In this document: positions 16,074-25,839 of the stretch, piece by piece
How positions within the stretch are numbered: position 1 is the first letter of the stretch
Layout: each line of letters opens with the position of its first letter
Source of the DNA: Nitrosopumilaceae archaeon
GTDB taxonomy: Archaea; Thermoproteota; Nitrososphaeria; Nitrososphaerales; Nitrosopumilaceae
Assembly (NCBI GenBank): GCA_050749365.1
Contig: JBOGRG010000096.1
Location: 1-52,926 of the forward strand
Direction of reading: 5' to 3'
Length of the DNA: 52,926 bases
Program-made: the position numbers and the translations under genes
The notes under the pieces: model-generated
Database searches by the model: none
The model's input: only the letters and a program-made list of their open reading frames with translations
What the model was told of the DNA's origin: nothing

Positions 16074-18149
16074 CTAAATCAACAAAAGCATCATGACAAA
16101 AAGTACTCCAGCTCCAAATACATACAGATATGATTGCGATATTCCAGTCTGCGTTCCCTGGATTACTTTGGCACCCCAAGCTACTGCCTTTTCCAGTCCT
16201 GGGTTCATTCCATCTATTACTGTGCTTTCAAAGTATCTCCAGATTCCTCTTGCAAAATATAATGGCGCAGTGACAAAACACCAATAGATTATAGAGTTGA
16301 GATACCACCTGTTTAGGAAGAACTTGTGTATTGCGTAGAAGAACAAATTAGAGTTTACAAATTTCACTGGATCCACAAATCTTCCTATATAGAAGATGTA
16401 TCCAAGTCCAAATCCAACTGCAAATGCTATTAGTGATGCCATTAGTGCAACTGGATTTACTCCAGACAAGAATCCACCAAGTACAGATTCTGATTCTACA
16501 GATACTTCATGCCCTGCTTTAATTCCAAACGAGTGATCAAGATATTCTGTGAAGAGTTCACGTATTCCCTCCTCAGCTGTTAGACCAACTACACCAATTC
16601 CTATAGTTAGTACTGCAAGTATTCCATATGGTACCCACATAGATGCACTTGCCTCGTGGATGTGGTGTCCTTCCTTTTCCATTTTTTCAATATGCTTGCT
16701 CTTGTTTCCAAAGAAGACCATGCCAATCATTCGTGTAGTGTAAAATGCTGTGATGATTGCAGTGATTAGTGCCATTGCAAATATCGGCATTGCCCAAGTA
16801 TTTCCTGATTCATACACAGCTGCAAAGATTGCGTCCTTGCTCCAAAATCCAGTTGTGATAAACGGCGCTCCCATTAGTGCAAGTCCAGCAGCCCACATGA
16901 ACGCATATGTCTTTCTCATGTGTCTTCGCAGTCCTCCCATGTCAGTCATAAAGCGTGATCCAACAACATGCAACAACGATCCCGCAGCCATAAAGAGCGA
17001 GGCCTTGAACATTGCATGTGAAATAAGATGGAAGAATCCAGCAGTGTATCCATCAACAAACTGCTCGGACAGTCCTGCTATTCCAAATGCCATCATCATG
17101 TATCCAATCTGCGAGCCAGTTGAATATGCAAGGACTTTTTTGATCTCAGGGGAGACCATTCCCTGTGTTGCAAGCAAGAGAGCTGTGATTGCGCCAACCC
17201 ATGCAACAACCTCAAAGAATTGGTCAATGTTGATTCCAACTGCCGCAAGAGCAAAGAACAGCGGTCCAAGTCTTGCAACTAAAAAGACTCCAGCCTTTAC
17301 CATTGTTGCTGCATGAATCAGTGCAGAAACTGCAGTTGGACCAGTCATAGCCTCAAGTAGCCATTCGTTTAGTGGAAACTGCGCAGATTTTCCTACCGCA
17401 CCACCAAAAAGCAAAACAGCTGCAGGAATTAGCAAACCTTGTGCGCTCATTGAAGTAGCCCAGGCCGTATTTTCTACTAGTTCTCTAAATCCAAATGTTC
17501 CAGCAAATGCAAAGATCAAAAGCATTCCTGCAAGCATCATTATATCTCCAACTTTTGTCATGATGAATGCCTTTATTCCTGCATGTGTTGGAGAATAGTA
17601 CTGCAATACTCCAAGTGCATAGTGTCCCTCCGTTCCAACGTGGTCTTTCTTTTTGTCTGCATACCAAAATCCTATCAAAGCATATGATGCAAGTCCTACT
17701 CCTTCCCATCCAAAGAACAGCTGCAGAAAATTATCTGAAAGAACAATTAGCTGCATCGAACCAACAAAGAACAACATCCAGAACCAGAATCTTGTAATGT
17801 TCTTGTCTCCTTTCATGTATCCTGTGCTGTAAACCATGATCAAAAATGATATCCAGCCAACTACGTTTGCCATCAAGACTGCAAGGGGATCAGCAAGAAT
17901 TCCTGCTTTCAGTCCAATTGATGAGATCCATGGTACCTGATCGTGAATTTCGTGACCCTCAAGTGCAGCTGGCAAAAGTGTTGCTGCAGAAATTGCACTC
18001 ATCAATGCAAATGCAACAGCAACATAGCCTGTTCCACGTTGTGAAAATTTGGCAACACCGGGAACTATCAATGCTGCAACAAACGGCAGAACCCAGATTG
18101 CCCACACATACAGGCCAGTTGGCTCAAAACCAAAAATTTCAGTTGCCAT
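16074..18149 (-). CDS. nuoL: Complex I-like subunit L
   Basis: 691 aa, the largest antiporter-like subunit, with the C-terminal extension typical of NuoL. Confidence 0.85.
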   Translation of the reverse strand: MATEIFGFEPTGLYVWAIWVLPFVAALIVPGVAKFSQRGTGYVAVAFALMSAISAATLLPAALEGHEIHDQVPWISSIGLKAGILADPLAVLMANVVGWISFLIMVYSTGYMKGDKNITRFWFWMLFFVGSMQLIVLSDNFLQLFFGWEGVGLASYALIGFWYADKKKDHVGTEGHYALGVLQYYSPTHAGIKAFIMTKVGDIMMLAGMLLIFAFAGTFGFRELVENTAWATSMSAQGLLIPAAVLLFGGAVGKSAQFPLNEWLLEAMTGPTAVSALIHAATMVKAGVFLVARLGPLFFALAAVGINIDQFFEVVAWVGAITALLLATQGMVSPEIKKVLAYSTGSQIGYMMMAFGIAGLSEQFVDGYTAGFFHLISHAMFKASLFMAAGSLLHVVGSRFMTDMGGLRRHMRKTYAFMWAAGLALMGAPFITTGFWSKDAIFAAVYESGNTWAMPIFAMALITAIITAFYTTRMIGMVFFGNKSKHIEKMEKEGHHIHEASASMWVPYGILAVLTIGIGVVGLTAEEGIRELFTEYLDHSFGIKAGHEVSVESESVLGGFLSGVNPVALMASLIAFAVGFGLGYIFYIGRFVDPVKFVNSNLFFYAIHKFFLNRWYLNSIIYWCFVTAPLYFARGIWRYFESTVIDGMNPGLEKAVAWGAKVIQGTQTGISQSYLYVFGAGVLFVMMLLLI

Positions 18150-18152
18150 TAA

Positions 18153-19715
18153 CTAAACCCCCATCACTCTGTTCATGAAAGGAATTATCTGACTGAAGAA
18201 GATGTCAGGATATATTCCAACAACCATAGTAAATCCTGCAAGCACCATCATTGGAGCAGTGATGTACCAACTCGCTTCTTTTGTGTTTGAGAGATTTTCT
18301 GGAAGTTTTCCAAAAAATACTCTTTTTATCATCCACAAAATGTAGGCCATTGTAATAACTGTAGATACCAATCCAAGAGCAAAGGTAACCATCCTTATTG
18401 TAGAACCTTCTTGCACTGCAGTTTGCAGTGCACCGTAAAACAAAGTCCATTCTCCCATGAACCCGCTTGTTGGTGGAATTCCCATGATAGTAAGTGCACC
18501 AATCATTGCACAGACTGCAGTGATTGGCATCTTTCCTGCAAGTCCGCCAAGTTTTGTCATGCTCCTTGTACCAACTTGAAGTATGATGGCTCCTGCCATC
18601 ATGAAAAGGAGTCCCTTGCCAAGTCCGTGTGATACATACATCATCTCCGCGCCAGAAAGTCCAAGTGCGGAAAACGATCCTATTCCAAAAAGGATGTATC
18701 CCATCTGGCTTATACTAGAATAAGCAAATAATCTCTTGATGTCATCTTGCATTAGTGCCATTGCACCACCATAAAACATTGTAGCAAGTCCCCATATGTT
18801 CAAGAAAAGTGCAAAGTGTTCGTACTGTCCTGGCAAGAGTGTAACTATCAATCTGAAAATTCCGTATCCTCCAATTCCTATCATTGCAGGCGACAATAGT
18901 GCGCTTATTGGAGTTGGAGCCTCTGCATGTGCATACGGCAACCAGATATGAAAGATAAATGCTGCAAGCTTTACTCCAAGTCCTATAATTATTGCAACAG
19001 TAGCAAATGGAAGAATGTCAGCAGGAACTCCCTCTTCTTTAATGTCTGCAAAGTTAAAGCTTCCAATGCTTAGACCTATTGCAAGAAATCCCAAGAGCAG
19101 AACAACTGCACCAACATGAGTCCAGAAAAAGAACAAGAGTGCAATCCTTCTTCTTGCACCATAACCATAGAATGCAATCAAAAAGAAACCAGGAATCAGC
19201 ATTACTTCAAAGAAGATGTAAAATTCTATGAGGTTGGTTGCAAGGACTGTTCCAAGCATTCCCATCGCAAATACAAGATAGAGTGCAAAGTAGACTCCAA
19301 TCTGATTGTTCACATATCCTTTGAGAGATGATGACTCTATCATTGCAGTAGACTGACCGTTGCCTATCACATGCTTTTGTTGATGTATCCTTTCTTCAAA
19401 CTGCTCTGTTATTTTTGCAACCATGTACGGTTTTGAGTATAATGCAAGCACTGTTGACAGAACATAGATTATGATTGCAAAAGGCGATGCGAGTCCATCA
19501 AGCAAGAACCCAAACTCGCCAAATAGCTGAGTCCACGGATAGTGTTCCTCGTATGTTCCAGAAAATACTGGAACAATCATTATTGTGGTGCAGTAAAGTA
19601 ATAACCCAAAAGTAAACCAAGTTGCTGCATTTGGACCAGATTTTCTGCCAAGGATGTAGGCTATAGGGGACAGTAGTAGCGGTAAAAAGACCGCCTGCAA
19701 CAATACATATTCCAT
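18153..19715 (-). CDS. nuoM: Complex I-like subunit M
   Basis: 520-aa antiporter-like subunit located between nuoK and nuoL. Confidence 0.8.
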   Translation of the reverse strand: MEYVLLQAVFLPLLLSPIAYILGRKSGPNAATWFTFGLLLYCTTIMIVPVFSGTYEEHYPWTQLFGEFGFLLDGLASPFAIIIYVLSTVLALYSKPYMVAKITEQFEERIHQQKHVIGNGQSTAMIESSSLKGYVNNQIGVYFALYLVFAMGMLGTVLATNLIEFYIFFEVMLIPGFFLIAFYGYGARRRIALLFFFWTHVGAVVLLLGFLAIGLSIGSFNFADIKEEGVPADILPFATVAIIIGLGVKLAAFIFHIWLPYAHAEAPTPISALLSPAMIGIGGYGIFRLIVTLLPGQYEHFALFLNIWGLATMFYGGAMALMQDDIKRLFAYSSISQMGYILFGIGSFSALGLSGAEMMYVSHGLGKGLLFMMAGAIILQVGTRSMTKLGGLAGKMPITAVCAMIGALTIMGIPPTSGFMGEWTLFYGALQTAVQEGSTIRMVTFALGLVSTVITMAYILWMIKRVFFGKLPENLSNTKEASWYITAPMMVLAGFTMVVGIYPDIFFSQIIPFMNRVMGV

Positions 19716-20029
19716 TATCCTTTCAGGCTCCTAAACTCTGCAATATCGATATTCTTGTACATCCGATATGCTACTATAATAAGTGCAAGTCCTACTGCAA
19801 CTTCTGCAGCTGCAATAGCTATTGAAAAGAGTGCAAGCGTCTGTCCCTGACTGTTTGGAATGAATCTTGCAAAGGCAACAAGATTCAAGTTTGCCGCATT
19901 TATTATCATCTCTACTGCAAAAAGCATTCTGATTGCGTTTCGTTTTACTGCAAGACCATAAATCCCGATGGCCAAGAGTGCCACCGAGACTATGACAAAT
20001 TCAACTAGTTCGTTGGTCAGTTGTAACAT
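19715..20029 (-). CDS. nuoK: Complex I-like subunit K
   Basis: 104 aa with 3 TM helices. It overlaps the nuoJ end by 29 nt. Confidence 0.85.
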   Translation of the reverse strand: MLQLTNELVEFVIVSVALLAIGIYGLAVKRNAIRMLFAVEMIINAANLNLVAFARFIPNSQGQTLALFSIAIAAAEVAVGLALIIVAYRMYKNIDIAEFRSLKG

Positions 20030-20534
20030 CCTCCCTTCTTGCTAATACCAATGCACCAACTACTGCAGATGCCAAGATTAGCGCCATAACAACAAGTGCT
20101 GGTGAATAGTATGTCAGAAAGTCCTCGCCTATTTCTCTAAAGTCAACAGGTGGAGCGTCAACTTGCATTGCTTGCAATCCAGATCCTATAATTATGGTCC
20201 CAACTCCAAGCATTATTACGATCATCAAACCAATGCCGGCGTATCTTCTACGTGGATCCTCAATCTTGTTGAAGATGAGCTCTCTTCTTACAAGCATTAC
20301 AGTAAATAGTATCAATACTGCAATCGAACCGACATAAACTGAAATTTGAAACATTGCAACAAATGGCGAGTCCAAAAGCAAGAAAAATCCCGCAACACCA
20401 CTAAGTGTAACCATCAGAGCAATTGATCCATAAATCATTGAACGAATCTCAAGTGCAGCTATCGCAGAGCCTATAGTCAATACTGAGAGAGCTAAAAATG
20501 TCGCATCAGCCATGTGATGCACCACGGTCGTCAA
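20001..20534 (-). CDS. nuoJ: Complex I-like subunit J
   Basis: 177-aa membrane protein positioned between nuoI and nuoK. Confidence 0.8.
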   Translation of the reverse strand: MTTVVHHMADATFLALSVLTIGSAIAALEIRSMIYGSIALMVTLSGVAGFFLLLDSPFVAMFQISVYVGSIAVLILFTVMLVRRELIFNKIEDPRRRYAGIGLMIVIMLGVGTIIIGSGLQAMQVDAPPVDFREIGEDFLTYYSPALVVMALILASAVVGALVLARREDVTTDQRTS

Positions 20535-21003
20535 TCTTTATTTCTACATCTTGGGCTACCTTTGGTTTTACAGCAAGCTGGCTTGGTGTATAGATCAACG
20601 CTTCCTTGGTAAACGAAGAAAGCTCATAGTCATTTGTCATGTATAGAGCATAGAACGGGCATGCATCTACACACAGCCCACAGAATACGCATTTTCCGTA
20701 GTCAATCTGTGGCAGTATTGCTTTCTTGTTATGTTTCCAAGTCTCGTTTACTTTTACCATAGCTATGGCTTCTGCAATTCCTTCGCACGCGATAGCACAA
20801 AGCTGACAACCGGTGCATTTATCATGGAACAATATGTGTCGTCCCTTTAGGCCAGCAATTCCTACCCCTGTCTGAGGATCGAATTGAAAGCCATCGCCTA
20901 CAAATTTCAATTTTTCTTCTGGATATCGTAATGTAAATCGTTTAATTGCAAGGTGCTTTACACCAGAGTTTAGGGCCCTTATGATTCCGCCTGCACTAGT
21001 CAT
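20506..21003 (-). CDS. nuoI: Complex I-like subunit I (2x[4Fe-4S] ferredoxin)
   Basis: 165 aa with CTGCQLCAIACE and CVFCGLCVDACP. Confidence 0.9.
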   Translation of the reverse strand: MTSAGGIIRALNSGVKHLAIKRFTLRYPEEKLKFVGDGFQFDPQTGVGIAGLKGRHILFHDKCTGCQLCAIACEGIAEAIAMVKVNETWKHNKKAILPQIDYGKCVFCGLCVDACPFYALYMTNDYELSSFTKEALIYTPSQLAVKPKVAQDVEIKIDDRGASHG

Positions 21004-22301
21004 TGTATTATTCCTCCTGGACCCAAGACACCTGCATATAGCAAAGCTAGAGCTATAAAGATGTTAACGAATGCCAGTCCTATCAGTTTGTACCATCCAG
21101 TGTGCAAAAGCAGATCTATTCTAATTCTTGGAAAGACTCCTCTTGGCAACAAGATCACCATTATGACTCCAAAAGTTTTGATCACAAACCACAGTGTAGA
21201 GTTTAGCATCTCTTGATCTAGCAGAGGAAGACCCGGAGGCTTGACTGTTATTGGACCCATAGTTATTCCTTCTGTGATTATTTCTTCTGGGAATGGTGGC
21301 CAAACCATTGGACCATTCCATCCGCCCAAGAACAAGATGACAAAGAGTGCAGCAAACGCGTATAGTTTTACATAAGAACCAAGTTGTACTAGTCCATATA
21401 TCATACCAGAAAATTCTGTGAGCCATCCTGCAACAATCTCACTTTCTGCTTCTGGAAGATCAAAAGGAATTCTTTCAAGCTCCGCAAGTATTGTCGTGAA
21501 AAATACAATAGCTCCAATTGGCATAAAAATTATCCACCAGTAGTGCTGTTGCGACTCGACAATTTCTGTCAGATTCAAGGTTCCTGTCAGTATAACAATT
21601 CCAAGAAGTGATAGTATCAGCGGAATTTCAAATGAGATCATCTGGTGTAGTGCCCTAATTCCGCCTATGAATGGAAACTTGCTGTTTGCAGACCACGATG
21701 AGAGCACTGTAATTATTGGAAAGAATCCAATCACTGCAAATACTGCCAACAAGCCTACGTCAATGTCTGCAACAACCCACCCTGGCGCAACTGGTATAAG
21801 TGAAACAAATGCAGCTGCAGTTCCCACAAAGAGCAAAGGAGCAAGCCAGAAGATCGGCTTGTCTGCCTTTGCAGGAATGATTATTTCTTTTGATATTAGT
21901 TTCAATCCATCTCCCATCAGCTGCAAGATTCCCTCGATTTTACCACAATAAAGTGGGCCCACCCGAAGCTGCATCTTTGCAAGAAACTTTCTTTCTATGA
22001 ATATTGCAGCTGCAGCAATAAGAGCAGCAAAACCAAACCCAGGAAAGGCAGCTATTCTGAAAAAGTCTGTGTACAAAAGGGACTTTACTATAGGCAAGGT
22101 ACGTGATGGGTCTGCCAACCAAGTTAGTGCAAGATATGGTGTAAGAAGTTCACCGTTAATTTCTGGAAGCTCGATGTAAAAAAGTACAATCATTACAAGT
22201 GGAAGGCCAACCAGTGTAAAGATAACCAGAATCCACAAGATAAGATCCGTCAGCGATGCAATAAATCTGCTAAGTCTAAACTCTGGTGCAATTGATGACA
22301 T
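21000..22301 (-). CDS. nuoH: Complex I-like subunit H, unusually long
   Basis: 433 aa. The conserved ERKFLAKMQLRVGP..GILQLMGDGLKL block starts near residue 100. There is an extra Pro-rich loop near GGWNGPMVWPPFPEE. Confidence 0.85.
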   Translation of the reverse strand: MSSIAPEFRLSRFIASLTDLILWILVIFTLVGLPLVMIVLFYIELPEINGELLTPYLALTWLADPSRTLPIVKSLLYTDFFRIAAFPGFGFAALIAAAAIFIERKFLAKMQLRVGPLYCGKIEGILQLMGDGLKLISKEIIIPAKADKPIFWLAPLLFVGTAAAFVSLIPVAPGWVVADIDVGLLAVFAVIGFFPIITVLSSWSANSKFPFIGGIRALHQMISFEIPLILSLLGIVILTGTLNLTEIVESQQHYWWIIFMPIGAIVFFTTILAELERIPFDLPEAESEIVAGWLTEFSGMIYGLVQLGSYVKLYAFAALFVILFLGGWNGPMVWPPFPEEIITEGITMGPITVKPPGLPLLDQEMLNSTLWFVIKTFGVIMVILLPRGVFPRIRIDLLLHTGWYKLIGLAFVNIFIALALLYAGVLGPGGIIQ

Positions 22302-23435
22302 TTATCTATCAGCCTCCACGGGCCAGTAGTTAAGACTCCAGTAAACAGCTGGCATGTTTCCAAGCTTTTCTCCTTTGAGTAAGTATGGCATGCAAATCAA
22401 ATTTCTAAAGGAACCCACACTGATTTTTACTCTATATGGTTCTGGTTTGTTGTCAGAAACTACATACATCCCAAGCGCCCCCCGTCCCGATTCTACTCTG
22501 CGATATGCTTCATCTTTTCCTCCTTTTGGATTTGGTTTTAGTTTAGTTCTCACAGAGCCAGACTTGGGCATCTTCTTTAGTGCATCTCTTATTATTCTGC
22601 AGCTCTCAAGCATGTCAAGATAAGGCACTCTAGACCTTGCATAAGAGTCACCGTCTTTGAGCACCTGAGATTGAAAGTCTAGATTTTCATAAACATCGTA
22701 AGGTTCTTTCTTTCTGATATCATAGTCTACACCGGCAGAGCGAAGAACAGAGCCCGTAGTTCCAAGTCGTATTGCATCAGTTCTTGATAAAACTCCAGTT
22801 CCTTCCGTTCTTTGTTTTAAGACAGGATTCTGGTAGAAGATGTCTTCATATTCTTTTAGTCTCTTTTCAAAATAGTTTACGTGTCTTAGACACTTTTCTT
22901 CAAAGTTTGCAGGCGCATCGTTTCTTACACCGCCTGGCACAAAGTACGCATGTGTTACCCTCGCTCCAGACAACGCCTCCAATAGATCGATTAATAGTTC
23001 TCTGTCTCCCATGGGCCACATGAACATTGTAGAGTGTCCCAAGAAAATTCCATAGATTGCAAGCCAGTACATAGTGTAGACACAACGGTTCAGCTCGGAT
23101 GCTATGACACGAATGTATTTTGCTCTCTCTGGTACCTCAATTCCCAATAGGTCTTCTACTGCAAGACAGTACGGATACAAGATGTTACAAGAGTCATGAA
23201 TTACCGGTCTTTCAAGATGTGGGATATTTTGTATGTAGTTTCTGTACTCTGCCATCTTTTCTTCGCCACGATGGACATATCCAGGATCAGGATCACATGA
23301 AACGATAAAGTCTCCATCTACTTTGATGATTAGTCGCATGTGGCCAGAGCCAGGGTGCTGCGGACCGACATTTAGCGTCATGATTCGCTCATCTACTTTC
23401 TCAAGCTGCATGCCAGGAGGTAGTTGTGTGGTCAT
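22302..23435 (-). CDS. nuoD: Complex I-like subunit D (49 kDa)
   Basis: 377 aa. NVGPQHPGSGHMRL and the C-terminal region are typical of NuoD/NiFe-hydrogenase large-subunit relatives. Confidence 0.9.
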   Translation of the reverse strand: MTTQLPPGMQLEKVDERIMTLNVGPQHPGSGHMRLIIKVDGDFIVSCDPDPGYVHRGEEKMAEYRNYIQNIPHLERPVIHDSCNILYPYCLAVEDLLGIEVPERAKYIRVIASELNRCVYTMYWLAIYGIFLGHSTMFMWPMGDRELLIDLLEALSGARVTHAYFVPGGVRNDAPANFEEKCLRHVNYFEKRLKEYEDIFYQNPVLKQRTEGTGVLSRTDAIRLGTTGSVLRSAGVDYDIRKKEPYDVYENLDFQSQVLKDGDSYARSRVPYLDMLESCRIIRDALKKMPKSGSVRTKLKPNPKGGKDEAYRRVESGRGALGMYVVSDNKPEPYRVKISVGSFRNLICMPYLLKGEKLGNMPAVYWSLNYWPVEADR

Positions 23436-23436
23436 G

Positions 23437-24027
23437 TCATCGCCCCTTTATCTTAAAGTCCTTACGAAATGGTGGAATGTCTGCCCAGTCCTCTGGTAAA
23501 AGCAGTCTTCTGTTGTCTGGATGTCCCTCAAAGTATACACCAAACATTTCAAAGCACTCTCTCTCGTGAAATTCTACACTATAGAAAATGTCTCTTAAGG
23601 AAGGCATTCTAGTTTTGTCCTTTCCTGGGTTTGGAATGTCTTCTCGTGGAACTCTTGTTGCCAAAGTCAGCACCTGCTTTGTAAGCTCCGGGTCTGTGTA
23701 TGATCCTAGATGATAAACAACCTCGATTTCTTTAGAGACTGGGTAGTCTACACCACCCACTGACTCGGCGTGATCAAAGTTTAGCTCATCTCGTATGAAT
23801 GTAGCAACATCCAAGATGTCTTCTTTTTTTGTGTTAATTCTTATTCTATTTGGTTTGATAAAACCGATAACTGTCTTTGCACCAAATTTTGATACAATTT
23901 TTTCTGCAATAAATTTTTCAAACTTGGGTTCTGGAACTATCTCTTTTTTTGCGACTTCTGGTTTTGTTTCCTGTTCAACTTCTTCTACAGTTTCACTGGG
24001 TTCGACATCTGTTTTTTCAGAACTCAT
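23437..24027 (-). CDS. nuoC: Complex I-like subunit C (30 kDa) with an acidic N-terminal extension
   Basis: 196 aa. ERECFEMFGVYFEGHPD is the NuoC signature. The first ~35 aa are E/K/V-rich and low complexity. Confidence 0.85.
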   Translation of the reverse strand: MSSEKTDVEPSETVEEVEQETKPEVAKKEIVPEPKFEKFIAEKIVSKFGAKTVIGFIKPNRIRINTKKEDILDVATFIRDELNFDHAESVGGVDYPVSKEIEVVYHLGSYTDPELTKQVLTLATRVPREDIPNPGKDKTRMPSLRDIFYSVEFHERECFEMFGVYFEGHPDNRRLLLPEDWADIPPFRKDFKIKGR

Positions 24028-24029
24028 TA

Positions 24030-24557
24030 CTACCTGACCTTCATTCTCTTAATTTTTTCTTGGAGTAGCATACATCCTTGTATAAGAGTTTCAGGTCTAG
24101 GTGGACAGCCTGGTACATACACATCCACAGGAATTATTTCATCAATTCCTGGTAGGACGTTGTACGAGTCAAAGTACAGCCCGCCTGTGATTGCACATGC
24201 TCCCATGGCTATAACATATTTTGGATCTGGCATCTGGTCGTATACCATTCTAAGTCTTGGTGCCATTTTTCGTGTGATGGTTCCTTGCACAACAACCAAG
24301 TCGCATTGTCTTAGAGAACCAAAGGCCTCTATGATTCCAAACCTTTCTACGTCCCATCTTGAACCTGACGCAGCACCGAACTCTACGCTACAGCATGCAG
24401 TCTCTATGTGCACGGGCCAAAGTGACCAAAGTCTGCCCCAGTTAAGGGCATAGCCAAGCGGCTTGTCAATTGCTCTTATAAGAACCTCTCCCAGCTTTCC
24501 GACAAATACGTTTACCGAATTTGCTGCAGTTTGTGGAGTGATCAGTTCTTTTAGCAA
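24030..24557 (-). CDS. nuoB: Complex I-like subunit B (20 kDa, N2 cluster)
   Basis: 175 aa with TACCSVEF, MGACAITGG and VPGCPPRPE. Confidence 0.9.
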   Translation of the reverse strand: MLKELITPQTAANSVNVFVGKLGEVLIRAIDKPLGYALNWGRLWSLWPVHIETACCSVEFGAASGSRWDVERFGIIEAFGSLRQCDLVVVQGTITRKMAPRLRMVYDQMPDPKYVIAMGACAITGGLYFDSYNVLPGIDEIIPVDVYVPGCPPRPETLIQGCMLLQEKIKRMKVR

Positions 24558-24600
24558 TTTTTTTCCCTCACTTTGTTATACTTCTGATTTGATATAAAAA

Positions 24601-24987
24601 TTACCAAATGTTTCTCCTCCCTGACATATATAGTGCAAATGCAAATGATGCAAACATTATTCCTAAAAATGCTATGATTGGAAGTGTTGCTGACTTGGGT
24701 AGATTCAACAGAGTGATTCCCCATGCATACAGAAAAATTGACATTACATCAAAAACAACAAACATCAAGACATAGGCATAATACTGCATCATGAAATGTG
24801 TTCTGCCCTCACCACTTGGAACCTGACCACACTCCATGGGCAAAAATTTGACTGGATTGCTTCTTCGCCTTGGAGCAATCATTCTAGATAGTAAAAGTGC
24901 AGGAGCCGTTGCTACAATTGCAAATCCAAACATTAGCAGAACAGGGCTGAAGCTGCCAGCTACTTCTCCTACCAAAGTAGCTAACAA
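24601..24987 (-). CDS. nuoA: Complex I-like subunit A
   Basis: 128 aa from TTG, with 3 TM helices and FLPMECG. A TATA-like gatttttatag lies just upstream, so the true start may be the internal ATG (LLMFGF). Confidence 0.75.
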   Translation of the reverse strand: MLATLVGEVAGSFSPVLLMFGFAIVATAPALLLSRMIAPRRRSNPVKFLPMECGQVPSGEGRTHFMMQYYAYVLMFVVFDVMSIFLYAWGITLLNLPKSATLPIIAFLGIMFASFAFALYMSGRRNIW

Positions 24988-25116
24988 GCCAAGCGGAGCC
25001 TATAAAAATCTATGCACATTTGCCAGCTCTTAGTTTAGATTATTTTGTAATTTTACAATTTTACTTATATTATCTACTGATTAGAATAACATTATCACTA
25101 ATTTTAAGATCAGACT

Positions 25117-25260
25117 TTAATGGTGTGAGTGACCGCAACCACAAGAATGATGATCTTGTTCCATTTCATGCAAATCTTTTTGTGCACATCTAGAACACTT
25201 GTCAGCTCCTGTTGGAGAAAAGAATCCAATTCCACATGATACACATTTCATACTTGGCAT
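25117..25260 (-). CDS. 47-aa zinc-ribbon protein with a His/Cys-rich tail (below the ORF-track cutoff)
   Basis: Manual translation gives MPSMKCVSCGIGFFSPTGADKCSRCAQKDLHEMEQDHHSCGCGHSHH*. It has two CxxC pairs and the tail DHHSCGCGHSHH. An aataaata element lies about 25 nt upstream of the ATG. Confidence 0.45.
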   Translation of the reverse strand: MPSMKCVSCGIGFFSPTGADKCSRCAQKDLHEMEQDHHSCGCGHSHH

Positions 25261-25347
25261 GTAGTTACTCTATGTGACCAGTATTTATTGATACGTGTTT
25301 AAACAAATTAGAAAATGATTGATATATGACAGTTGTAAACCCGTAGC

Positions 25348-25821
25348 ATGGCAGTAAACGTAGGAGACAAGGCTCCAAGTTTCACCTTGGTAGATACAGA
25401 TTTGAAGATGCGAAGCCTTGATGAGTTCAAAGGCAAAAGGGTGGTGTTGTCATTTTTTGTTGCAGCAAGTTCTCCTGTATGCACAAAAGAGATGTGTGCT
25501 TTTCGAGACTCGTGGGATCAGATATCAAATCTAGGTGCACAAGTTATTGGAATAAGCAATGACGGACCATTTGCAAACAAGGCTTTTGCAGAAGCACATC
25601 ACCTTAACTTCCCAATACTTGGAGACTACAAGAGCCAGACAATACGTGATTATGATGTACTGATGCCAGATCTCTTGCATGTAAAAGGATATGATGCAGC
25701 CAAGCGTTCAGTCTTCATAGTCGATGAGAATGGCAAAGTGGTATACAAGTGGGTTACTGACAATCCACTAGTGGAGCCAAACTACCAAGAGATAATGGAT
25801 TTTCTCAAAAAGAAAAATTAA
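25348..25821 (+). CDS. bcp: Peroxiredoxin, Bcp/PrxQ type
   Basis: 157 aa of the AhpC/TSA fold. PVCTKEMC gives the CxxxxC pair typical of Bcp. A TATA (tgatatatg) lies about 25 nt upstream. Confidence 0.85.
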   Translation: MAVNVGDKAPSFTLVDTDLKMRSLDEFKGKRVVLSFFVAASSPVCTKEMCAFRDSWDQISNLGAQVIGISNDGPFANKAFAEAHHLNFPILGDYKSQTIRDYDVLMPDLLHVKGYDAAKRSVFIVDENGKVVYKWVTDNPLVEPNYQEIMDFLKKKN

Positions 25822-25839
25822 TTTCCTTTTTGTTTTTTG

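Noticed and set aside
16750-17316. 188-aa ORF antisense to nuoL, and many similar 60-130-aa ORFs antisense to nuoM/N/H/D, accC, pccB, argH, hel308, trm5, pyrE and sdhA
   Set aside because: These are shadow ORFs inside strongly supported genes. They have low-complexity Ser/Pro/Ala-rich or Cys-rich translations and no promoter context.
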